NCBI GenBank assembly: GCA_963717465.1
Contig: OY970340.1
Location: 1,344,001 to 1,408,000 of the forward strand
Direction: 5' to 3'
Source of the DNA: Candidatus Bathyarchaeota archaeon
GTDB taxonomy: Archaea > Thermoproteota > Bathyarchaeia > Bathyarchaeales > Bathycorpusculaceae
DNA: 64,000 nt
The translations under genes were made by a program, and so were the position numbers. Under the pieces are notes generated by a model. That model did not search any database, was not told the DNA's origin, and was given only the letters and a program-made list of their open reading frames with translations. Below are positions 42,814 through 51,757 of this stretch, in pieces; position 1 is the stretch's first letter, and each line of letters opens with the position of its first letter.

Positions 42814-43566
42814 TTAAACAGTAATTTTTTCCCAATTATTCTTTGAATTTTCAAACAGTCCTTTATAATTCCCATTATGGTATTGTCCAACTATTTTTTG
42901 TCCTGACTTGCTTAGCGGTCCAGTTATTTCTTGGATGCAATAGATAGTCCTATCACCTTTGCTTTTTCCAGACCAACAGCCTATTTCATTAAAATAACTG
43001 AAATCTTCCTTTGCAAAGATATAGTAATCTGCCAATCGGACATCCTTCTGACCAACAATAACTAAAACGATATAGTCAACAGAGCTAAAGGCGCTCTTTC
43101 TTATTGTCGGCGAACTGAAACATTCAACATTCTTGACTATCTCATATCCATGCGGAAATTGAGTTTTAACTTGAATCTTTTTCCCATTCACGACTATATC
43201 AGCCTTAGGGGTTGTGCCACCTAAATAAAGAATGACAGATCGCTTCAGGTGTCTTTGGCAATTGAGCTGCTTCATAGTTAGGCACTCCCCAATTGTGCCT
43301 TTCAAGAAGACTGGAATTTGCATTCTATTTTTGCAGTATAGCTCTTGAAGATCCAAAAGTTTAGAAATTATCTCATCATAGGTTTCATCTCTCCGCGTCT
43401 CTTCAAATAATCGGGTGATACTTTTCTCAGTGACCCTTATGGTATGTCCTCTATTTTTTAGGTCTAATTTCCCTCTGGAGATCAGTGACCGAACTATTCC
43501 TGTGTCACTGAGTTTGAGATTTAGTCGTTGAGCAGTTTCGTTGATTGTGTATACTCTTTCCTGCAT
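42814..43566 (-). CDS. Excisionase-like HTH fused to PD-(D/E)XK-like nuclease domain
   Basis: YTINETAQRL...LISRGKL N-terminus; GTIGE...ADIVVNGKKIQVKT. Confidence 0.65.
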   Translation of the reverse strand: MQERVYTINETAQRLNLKLSDTGIVRSLISRGKLDLKNRGHTIRVTEKSITRLFEETRRDETYDEIISKLLDLQELYCKNRMQIPVFLKGTIGECLTMKQLNCQRHLKRSVILYLGGTTPKADIVVNGKKIQVKTQFPHGYEIVKNVECFSSPTIRKSAFSSVDYIVLVIVGQKDVRLADYYIFAKEDFSYFNEIGCWSGKSKGDRTIYCIQEITGPLSKSGQKIVGQYHNGNYKGLFENSKNNWEKITV

Positions 43567-43675
43567 ACCGGTAATTCTCTTGTAGGTTGGATATCTAGTT
43601 TAGCCCTGTCCAACCTTAAGACAGCATAATTCTTTTAAGTGGTTCCTTATCACTTGGTTGTAGAGGAAGCGAGCG

Positions 43676-44353
43676 ATGCTTAAGTATAGCCAACTAGTTC
43701 TTGGTTCCAAAGCTTTTGTTGAGAATGAAAAACGCGATGCCATGTATAGAGTTTCGACCTATCTTATCAACGAATTCTGGGGAAAGCCGGAAGACATCGC
43801 TGATGCTTTAGGAGTCTTGCTTTTAACCTGGAACCAAGCGTTTTATAGATATGGTGGCTTTGACTCTGATGATTTAGAGAGTTGCCTCAAAAAGAATTCA
43901 GCGCTCATTCAGCAATACAGAAATCGAGATATTTTCACTTATGCTCCAAACGATGATAGCCCAATTAGCAAGCTTTTTAATGAAATGCTGATCGCCCTAA
44001 AGACTGATAGGGGAAAAAGTCCTGTGGCAGTCGCAAAAGCACTGCATCTTTTGGCTCCAAATTTCTTTCCCCTATGGGATGCTAAGATTGCAGAAAATGG
44101 ATACGATTGTTATTGGGGCGCTGGCTCTTCGGCGGCAGCACAGAAATATTTGTGCTTAATGAAGAAGACCCAGGTACAAGTAGAAGATATAGTCAAAAGT
44201 TATAGTGAGTTTGGTGTATTGCCTTTGGATGAAAAGCGAGCTACCTTAGTAGATATATGCAAAAGCTGTTCAAACAACCTACCCTTTCAAAAGTCCATCC
44301 TTAAAATAATTGATGAGCATAACTACGCTAAATACACTAAAGGGTGGATTTAA
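43676..44353 (+). CDS. Hypothetical protein with HhH/DNA-glycosylase-like motif
   Basis: LLTWN, SPVAVAKALHLLAPNFFPLWD..IA. Confidence 0.55.
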   Translation: MLKYSQLVLGSKAFVENEKRDAMYRVSTYLINEFWGKPEDIADALGVLLLTWNQAFYRYGGFDSDDLESCLKKNSALIQQYRNRDIFTYAPNDDSPISKLFNEMLIALKTDRGKSPVAVAKALHLLAPNFFPLWDAKIAENGYDCYWGAGSSAAAQKYLCLMKKTQVQVEDIVKSYSEFGVLPLDEKRATLVDICKSCSNNLPFQKSILKIIDEHNYAKYTKGWI

Positions 44354-44423
44354 TCAATAGCGATCGTGGAACATGCTCGATACATTAAAGTCGAAAAATT
44401 TAAGTTCTTGAAAAAAAAACAAA

Positions 44424-44695
44424 TTAGGTATTACACCAAGAACCAGTTGAATAAGAATAAGGCTTGGGATTCGGTTCTAAATAAACATCGGTTAATATCA
44501 AAGCGAACAAAGTTTTCTTTCCGCCTGCATACTCATCGATAAGTCGTTAGCCTGTTGCGATTCGGCTTTCTTGGTTTTGGTGTTTCCGAGCGCTATTGTG
44601 CCTCTGAAGTTCGTAGTTGTTCGTCTAATTTCCCAGGTCTTTTTTCCTTCCAATATTAGCCTAATCCACTTATCGTCGATCTTTAAGCACTTCAA
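44424..44695 (-). pseudogene. ASCH domain protein, frameshifted/degenerate
   Basis: WIRLILEGKKTWEIR..TNFRG.IAL; continues in another frame (EYAGGKKTLFALIL...GSW). Confidence 0.65.
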
Positions 44696-45021
44696 GGTAT
44701 CTCGCCCTTGCTTGCGGTGATCTCGATTTCAAGCTTTATGGGCGTCTTGTCGAACCTTCCTTGAAGGGTCACATTGAACTCCTGTGCAAGTAGAGATGTC
44801 ACCCGCAATTCCCCTTTTTTGTCAAGATACTCATCGGAGCAACTTCTCAATGGTTCCTTCCTGAAGAGTGCAACCTGATAAAATCAAGATGTGCCCATTC
44901 TGGTGCGCAGAGAGAGCGTATTTATGGATTATATCGATCAATATCTGCCACTGGGTGCGCGGAAGATCGAATGGGTTTTTAGATCAGTTAAAGCTTTTAA
45001 ATTTATCAAAGCAATTCTATT

Positions 45022-46449
45022 GTGTGGTATAGAATGTACATTCGAAACTTGGAACTCAGGAACATAATGTGTTTTGAAGAGGCAGGGTTGAGTTTCACAA
45101 ACCAAAATGGCGAAATAATAAAATGGACCGTAATTCTTGGAGAAAACGGATTTGGAAAGAGCACAATTCTGAAAAATATTGCTCTGTTGCTTGCAGGACA
45201 AGATGCAGCAAGGGAATTACAGCATGAACCCCGCCGTATGGTTAGATTCGGCTGCAAAGAGGCAATTGCTGAAGCAGAAATTGACATGGGAAAAGCCTGT
45301 CCTCAACCAAGAAAAAGATTGAGGTTATCTCTTAATTACGTCGATAAACCCTACGCTGAAGGTTGGGGTGATACTCTCGCAAAGGTGGATCCTAGCAGAG
45401 CGAATTTTGAAGGTTGCCTCAAAGAATGCAGGCGAAGTTTTTTTGTTTGCGGTTATGGAGCAACACGCGTAGTACCACATGAAAAAGATACCAAACGAAT
45501 TCATGCCCTGGAACGCAGAAGCCCTTTTTTTGAAAGGCTTGAGACTCTTTTCATTGATGATTCTCCATTAATGCCTGTTGATGATTGGCTAAGAACGCTC
45601 GAATATAACACGTTAAGAACCAATAAGGCAAGTTCTGCGAAAAACCGGTTTAAAAGTGCAACAGATCTGTTATCCAAGCTTCTCCCTTCTGTGCAGTTTA
45701 AGGAAATTAACGATAACGGCGAAGCTATTTTCAATACGCCTTATGGCGAAGTTTCACTGTCCGAGCTTTCAAGAGGATATCAAGACGTGTTGTCTTGGGT
45801 GTCCGATCTTGCAAGACGTTTGATAGATGCTTTTCCTGATAGCTCTCAACCTCTTGCAGAAGAAGGAATTGTGCTTATCGAAGAAATTTCTCTGCATCTT
45901 CATCCTATTTGGCAAAGAAAAGTAATCGGCTTTTTGCGTAGTCATTTCCCAAATATTCAGTTTATTGCAACAACGCATTCTCCTCTTGTTGCTCAAGCAC
46001 TCCAACGCAACGAATTTGTTGTGTTACAATGTGGACGAAGAAACCGAAGTCATCAAGATACAATTAGAATAACAAGATTAGATCTGGAGCCGAGAGGGTT
46101 GAGTGCGGATCAAATCCTCACGAGTCCGCTCTTTGGTCTTTCATCTTCAAGGTCTGTCGGAAACGAAAGAATAGAGAGCGAGCTTTTCTCACTGAAAAAA
46201 CTTATCAGTAGCGGCGAATCGTCCGAAGACCAGAAGAAACGATATACAGAACTCCTAACGCTTTATGAGAAACAACCAGAAGCACCTGGGACGTCTTATG
46301 ATCAGTATAGACTCTTTCTTAAGCTAAACAAGACTCTTGAGTCATTGGGCAGGACAGATCTGCTTGATTTGCCTCCGTTGAAGTCTCTTGAAGAAAAAAC
46401 CAAAAAGGAAGAAGCCAAAGAAAAGGCAGAGGAAAAGAGCAAGAATTGA
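45022..46449 (+). CDS. AAA_21/ABC-type ATPase (PtuA-like)
   Basis: GENGFGKS, GYGATR, LSRGYQ, LIEEISLHLHP.WQR, QFIATTHSP. Confidence 0.88.
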   Translation: MWYRMYIRNLELRNIMCFEEAGLSFTNQNGEIIKWTVILGENGFGKSTILKNIALLLAGQDAARELQHEPRRMVRFGCKEAIAEAEIDMGKACPQPRKRLRLSLNYVDKPYAEGWGDTLAKVDPSRANFEGCLKECRRSFFVCGYGATRVVPHEKDTKRIHALERRSPFFERLETLFIDDSPLMPVDDWLRTLEYNTLRTNKASSAKNRFKSATDLLSKLLPSVQFKEINDNGEAIFNTPYGEVSLSELSRGYQDVLSWVSDLARRLIDAFPDSSQPLAEEGIVLIEEISLHLHPIWQRKVIGFLRSHFPNIQFIATTHSPLVAQALQRNEFVVLQCGRRNRSHQDTIRITRLDLEPRGLSADQILTSPLFGLSSSRSVGNERIESELFSLKKLISSGESSEDQKKRYTELLTLYEKQPEAPGTSYDQYRLFLKLNKTLESLGRTDLLDLPPLKSLEEKTKKEEAKEKAEEKSKN

Positions 46450-47189
46450 TCCGTTATAACCGAAATGGGAATGGAGCAACCCCTCCTGCCCATCTTGTTA
46501 ACTCAAAAAGGATGAGGCAAAACACTGCAAAATTGGAGAAAGAATACACTCTAGCCATAGCCGAAAGCAGGAATATGAAATTTGAGAAAGGAGTTTATGG
46601 AAGTTCTTCTGTCAAAGCTCAACTTATAATTATTAGCTATGGCAAATGTTCATATTGTGATAGTCATGTCGTAGGCGTCGCGTATGGCGATGTCGAGCAC
46701 TTTAGGCCTAAAGCTCATTATTGGTGGCTTGCATACACATGGGAAAACCTCTTGTTCTCATGCCAAATATGCAATCAAGAATATAAGAGAACGAATTTCC
46801 CAGTTGTAGGGAGTAGAGCGAACAAACCGACGGCAGATTTGACTTTGGAACAGCACTTATTGATTAATCCATTGGACGAGGATCCAGAACAACTTATTGC
46901 TTATGATTTTAAGGGAGATGAAGCAAAGATTATAGAGCAAAATTTGCAAGTGAAAGATCGGGTCGATGCATGCAAGAAGTATTTAGGACTAAATCGTGAG
47001 GATTTGCTTCATAGAAGGCGCGGAGTTCTTAGAATTTTAAAAGTATGGTATGCATTTTACCAAGATCCAAGAACCACAACCGGTATAAAGGATGAAATTC
47101 TTTCGGAGATGATTGCAATGGCAAACAATGATTCACAATACGCTGGCATGGTACGCTATTATTTAAGACATTGGGGCTTAATACCTTAG
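46446..47189 (+). CDS. HNH endonuclease (PtuB/TIGR02646-like)
   Basis: KCSYCD, VEHFRPK, YWWLAYTWENLLFSCQICN, LLINP..EDP; 4-bp overlap with the ATPase. Confidence 0.88.
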   Translation: MIRYNRNGNGATPPAHLVNSKRMRQNTAKLEKEYTLAIAESRNMKFEKGVYGSSSVKAQLIIISYGKCSYCDSHVVGVAYGDVEHFRPKAHYWWLAYTWENLLFSCQICNQEYKRTNFPVVGSRANKPTADLTLEQHLLINPLDEDPEQLIAYDFKGDEAKIIEQNLQVKDRVDACKKYLGLNREDLLHRRRGVLRILKVWYAFYQDPRTTTGIKDEILSEMIAMANNDSQYAGMVRYYLRHWGLIP

Positions 47190-47491
47190 CGACGAGGAGC
47201 GTGCTCTAATCGCACCTTCCATATCGAAATAACGTGCGCGTTAAATTGGTCTAAAATGGTTAAAAGTCTCATTTTGCAAAGCTAATCCAAAAATGAAGTG
47301 CGTTAATTGTGGATGTCTGCATAGATAATGGTTGGTTTTTTTGAATTCCTAGGACTATTGCCTACGTTAGGCGTTCCATTTGCAAAGGAAACTGATAAGC
47401 TGAAAATACTGAATAAAAAGCTAAAAAAGTGCAATTTAACCTCTGAATGTAAAAAAAGGAATAAAAACCATTTTTAAACATTTTAGGAACA

Positions 47492-47622
47492 GAGACTGTT
47501 TGAAAAGTCAAAAACATTTCTGAAAATTGCGTCTTTCATGTTTAAAAATACCCAGCTAACACTTAATTTTTCAGACAAACAGTGCAACTTTTCAAAGCAA
47601 AAAATATTTTTCACACAGTCTC
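47492..47622. mobile_element. 131-bp MITE/IS remnant with 15-bp TIRs and 4-bp target-site duplication
   Basis: GAGACTGTTTGAAAA ... TTTTCACACAGTCTC (14/15 match), flanked both sides by AACA. Confidence 0.75.
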
Positions 47623-47831
47623 AACAGCCATGCGCGCTAGTTTCAAGTTTGCCTAGTTAATTAAAAGCAAAACTCAAACTAATAGAAGTAGCTTTCTTTC
47701 TAATGATTTTAATATGAAGTGCTTCGAATAATGAAAAGCGTTTAATAGTTAATCGGTGGATATGGACACAATCGATAGATGAGGGACCAAAAATAATAAA
47801 CATTAATTCAGTTCTTTCACGCTATTCGAGA

Positions 47832-49478
47832 GTGGAACAAAGAGAATACCAAAAAGCTTGTATCAAAGATATAGTGAATGCATTGAATGATAGTTCTGAT
47901 GCGTTAATTGCCCTTCCAACAGGCACAGGAAAGACCGTTGTTTTCAGTCCTGTAGTTGCAGAAAGCAGAGAAAACAATTCAAGGACGCTAGTTCTTGGTG
48001 CCACAAAACAAGCGCAAAGCCGAATTGAGCGTGAAATAAAGCGCTTCCTGTCTTCAGGAGATACGAAACTTGTTTTTGGTGTCGAAGAATACGATTGCCC
48101 TTTGTTAAAAAGCAAGGCTGAAAGTTGGTATTGTAGGGAAAATAAGGTTGAATGCAAAAAATTGAATATATCCTGCGCGGTCATTCAATCTGAAAAAGAT
48201 TATCATGATAAACCACTTGTGATCACTAATTTCTCCAAGTTTCTTTTAGCTCAAGGAGGTGGTAGTTATGATTTTATTGTGCTGGACGATTCACATAGCT
48301 TTGAGAATGCAAAGGAACAAGCCTACCAGCTGACTATTCAGGCTGCCGATGGCAATAGCCTATACGAAAAGGGAATAAGCAACGATAAGATCAAGGCATT
48401 TGTTGAAGATTTTTTAAATATTTTCGCACAGGCATTTGAGCGTTGCTTAAATCCGAGCGACAAGGATGGAGTTGGAGTCGTCAGTCCTGATTATATTGCA
48501 CATTTCGCATCGCTCTCAACCAAGCATGATTCAGAAAAACTAAAAAAAGAAATCGGAGGGATGCTTGCAGGCAAAGATCGCAAGGTTTGCTTGAATATGT
48601 ACTATTTCGTTATGCATTGCACTAAAGCAAGCAGATACGAGTTTTTTGTAAGAAGCGACTTCTATAATCGCGAGTGGATAGATAGCGAGCTAATTTCTAG
48701 GCAAGTCGAAGTGGATTATCTTATAAAAAGTAAGTTTGGAAATAGCGCGATCATATATGCAACTGCAACTCCAGGTGACGCATTCAAACACGCGAATTCT
48801 TGCTCGTTACGTAATTATGATGATTCAAATTTGAAAATAACACCGATAGAGAAATTCGAGCAGGTTGAGAACTGGTTTAAAAATCTAAATATCTTGGTTG
48901 TGACGGATATCGGTGATACAAGAGAAACTGGTCCGTTTGATTCAGCACTTAATCTCACGACTGAAATACTCACAAAGAGAAATGAACGCTCATTAATTTT
49001 ATTTAAAAACTATAGGGATCAAAGGAAAGCTAACGAACGCTTGAAGGGTCTTTTTTCTCCTAATCGACTATTCTTCTTAGATTCAACAATAGATAATAGC
49101 GATTTCGTTGAAAATCTAGCTAGCAAAAGTCAAATATCTCTTGCTTCAGCTTCATCCACGTTATGGGAGGGAATAAACATTCAAAGTCTAAGAATTGCTA
49201 TCATAACTACAGCACCTTTTATTCGACCTATCGCGGGCAAAAAAATGAATTATCCTGATCTTGAGCGCAGAATGCTTATACGACTACAGCAAGGTATTGG
49301 TAGAATAATAAGAAGCGAATCTGATTTTGGTGTATCGATTTTAATGGATAGTCGGTTTCAAGGGTACGTCAAGAAAAAATACTTTGACAAACGTCTTCTC
49401 AATAGGACCAAGTTTGTTACAGCTGATCAAGTTATGCCAATAATCACCGAAGTACTTGAAAAAGGAGCTAAAGAATAA
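47832..49478 (+). CDS. SF2 helicase, DinG/XPD-like, with putative Fe-S cysteines
   Basis: Q-motif REYQ, Walker A PTGTGKT, DDSH, TAT, LWEGINI, QQGIGRIIRSESDFG...MDSRF; Cys cluster YDCP..WYC..EC..SC. Confidence 0.88.
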   Translation: MEQREYQKACIKDIVNALNDSSDALIALPTGTGKTVVFSPVVAESRENNSRTLVLGATKQAQSRIEREIKRFLSSGDTKLVFGVEEYDCPLLKSKAESWYCRENKVECKKLNISCAVIQSEKDYHDKPLVITNFSKFLLAQGGGSYDFIVLDDSHSFENAKEQAYQLTIQAADGNSLYEKGISNDKIKAFVEDFLNIFAQAFERCLNPSDKDGVGVVSPDYIAHFASLSTKHDSEKLKKEIGGMLAGKDRKVCLNMYYFVMHCTKASRYEFFVRSDFYNREWIDSELISRQVEVDYLIKSKFGNSAIIYATATPGDAFKHANSCSLRNYDDSNLKITPIEKFEQVENWFKNLNILVVTDIGDTRETGPFDSALNLTTEILTKRNERSLILFKNYRDQRKANERLKGLFSPNRLFFLDSTIDNSDFVENLASKSQISLASASSTLWEGINIQSLRIAIITTAPFIRPIAGKKMNYPDLERRMLIRLQQGIGRIIRSESDFGVSILMDSRFQGYVKKKYFDKRLLNRTKFVTADQVMPIITEVLEKGAKE

Positions 49479-51757
49479 TGTATCACGCAAATGCTTTTCC
49501 CCTTCTTAAAAGTGACGGATTGCCAGTTTTTGTTTATGCAACTGCTATAGAGCCCAAACCAGTCAACAATCCACAATACTATCAAATCTTAGGAGTTATT
49601 GCAAAAAAAATTATGTTTGAACAATGTATCCCCGTAGTCTCAATCGATGGTTATATTCAAAGCCTCCCCGATCGAATAAGCAGTTCTTTAGTTTATGACG
49701 TTGATATTCCAAATATTGGGAAGTTTAAAGTTAAGTTGGCTGAGATGAGCAAATCAATTGTCGGCATTGACGATTTCGAAAACTATTCTCATCTTGTATG
49801 CCGCTTAGCTGACATAGCACTAACCGTTTATTCAGATCAATATTACAAGTTTCACCCTAAAGCGCCATTTATTATAAGAGATGAACCTTATTTTGACTTA
49901 GATCTAATAGGCAAGACGGGGATAATCGACTCCAAGAGTTACTATAGAGGTTTATTTCAAATAAGCAATAAGCCAGTTTTTGTTTTGAACAGAGAAACTC
50001 AACTTAGATCAAACAAGAACTTGCTTGTTGAAATGAAAAGTCTGGCTAAATCTTTTGAGGAGAAAAATCAAGGGAAGAACATTGACTTTTATGATCCCCC
50101 TTCAGAGTTCATGGGCTACGTTAATAATTTGATTCGAGAAAAGGCGGCTGACATAGCAAGGTCAAGTTATCCAGGTCCGAAAGTGGAAAAAATTGAAGCG
50201 GTCACTTGGAAATTTAGGGCAGGTGAAAAAACACCAGGAGCAGAAGGAACGCCAATTGATTACTTGCACAATACATATGGAATCAATGGTTTAGACCCTC
50301 GACAACCGCTTGTTGTTTACACTGTGCAAGGAAGAACACAGTATCATATTCCTGAAGTTCTCTCTTTAGGGCACACGTTTGAGGATTTAGCAAAAAGAAT
50401 TCCAGAGTGGCAAAGAAGCCAGGTCTGGGGAGATATTCATCCGGATTGCAAAAATCAACTGCACAAAATCTATGAGGTTCTTTTAGAAATCGATTCGACG
50501 CTGCGGAAGTGCCTGCCTGAAGTTTATCCCAAGTTTGTTGAAATATCAAGGGACCCATTAGACATCTCTAACGATGTCTCCGAACCTAATGAAATAGGTA
50601 TTCAGTTCGCGGATAAGGCAATAAAAATAAAGCCACCATACGATCTCAGTTTTTATCGAAACTATTCTGGAAAGAAGAATTTGTTTGCAAGAGTAATCCC
50701 TAACTCCAAGATATTGGTTTGTTCCGACAGGGTTAATTCTAAGATTAAGAAGTTCTTGGCCAAGTTAGCAGCTGAGTATAAAATAAGAAACGGTTCTGAC
50801 ATTACTTACGATTTCGGACCGCTTGATCCACTTAAGAATAAATTTGCAAATTATCAAATAGTTTTAACCATTAGTACCGAGTCGCAAGACGATGAGAAAT
50901 TATATACTTGGTATAAGAAAACCTTACAAAATGAAATGGGCATACCTCATCAGCATATTACTGTAGAAAATGCCGATGATAATTCTGTTATGCAAATAGT
51001 CATGCAAATATGTCTGAAGTTGGGTGGCGATCCTTGGCTACTGCCTGAGATGTTAAATATTGATTGCGTTTTTGGAATTAATAGTTATTTGAACCCTCAG
51101 ACAGCAAGAGCAGAGATTTCAATGCTCTTAACTGATGCCGCGGGAAAACTAATAACTCAATTAGACCCTATCGATTGTTCAAACGCAGATAGAATCATTG
51201 AAACTATTAAAGAATTGGCTGGCAAATATCGAAGAGTTCTTTTTCTAACAACGTTTGATAGGTCAGGTTTAATTGATAAGATAAAAACATCGTTAGATAT
51301 TTTGGCAAGCGAGTATTGTATTGTCACAGTTATTGATAACAACTATTTTCGATTTTTCGAAACATATTCCCCTCGACATGCGCCGAGATTTGGCAAGACA
51401 GTTTTGGAAGTAGCTAAATGCTCTATCGAAGCTATTGAAAATGCACCTCAAGGTCACATCTTTAAGTGCCAACCAGACATCTACTACTTGCTTACCGGAA
51501 AGACAATTGAAAAAGGTCTGTCTAAACGAGGGTGCCCTTTACCGATAAAAATCGAAATAAAATGTGTAAAAGGACAAAATTGGGACAAAATGGAACTTGC
51601 CAAATATATTATGGCGTTGTGCATGATGGGAAGAGCAAGTGGCCATATGACAAGGTTTCCGATGCCCCTCTATTATCTTCAGCTTAGCGAATACTACTAC
51701 AACAGGTTCGGAGTCCCTAAGGATGCAAAACTCAAGAAATCAATTTTCTACATCTAG
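49478..51757 (+). CDS. Long (N-L1-PAZ-L2-MID-PIWI) Argonaute, predicted slicer-inactive
   Basis: PAZ: DYLHNTYGI..LDPRQPLV..YHIPEVL; MID: Y...K..IPHQ...QICLKLGG.PW; PIWI: VFGINSY, GCPLPIKI, LAKYIMAL, TRFPMPLYY, C-terminal IFYI. Confidence 0.88.
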   Translation: MYHANAFPLLKSDGLPVFVYATAIEPKPVNNPQYYQILGVIAKKIMFEQCIPVVSIDGYIQSLPDRISSSLVYDVDIPNIGKFKVKLAEMSKSIVGIDDFENYSHLVCRLADIALTVYSDQYYKFHPKAPFIIRDEPYFDLDLIGKTGIIDSKSYYRGLFQISNKPVFVLNRETQLRSNKNLLVEMKSLAKSFEEKNQGKNIDFYDPPSEFMGYVNNLIREKAADIARSSYPGPKVEKIEAVTWKFRAGEKTPGAEGTPIDYLHNTYGINGLDPRQPLVVYTVQGRTQYHIPEVLSLGHTFEDLAKRIPEWQRSQVWGDIHPDCKNQLHKIYEVLLEIDSTLRKCLPEVYPKFVEISRDPLDISNDVSEPNEIGIQFADKAIKIKPPYDLSFYRNYSGKKNLFARVIPNSKILVCSDRVNSKIKKFLAKLAAEYKIRNGSDITYDFGPLDPLKNKFANYQIVLTISTESQDDEKLYTWYKKTLQNEMGIPHQHITVENADDNSVMQIVMQICLKLGGDPWLLPEMLNIDCVFGINSYLNPQTARAEISMLLTDAAGKLITQLDPIDCSNADRIIETIKELAGKYRRVLFLTTFDRSGLIDKIKTSLDILASEYCIVTVIDNNYFRFFETYSPRHAPRFGKTVLEVAKCSIEAIENAPQGHIFKCQPDIYYLLTGKTIEKGLSKRGCPLPIKIEIKCVKGQNWDKMELAKYIMALCMMGRASGHMTRFPMPLYYLQLSEYYYNRFGVPKDAKLKKSIFYI

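Noticed and set aside
45022..47800. Retron (type I-A) system
   Set aside because: No reverse transcriptase ORF (YADD) in the island; the intergenic inverted repeat is better explained as a MITE with a TSD
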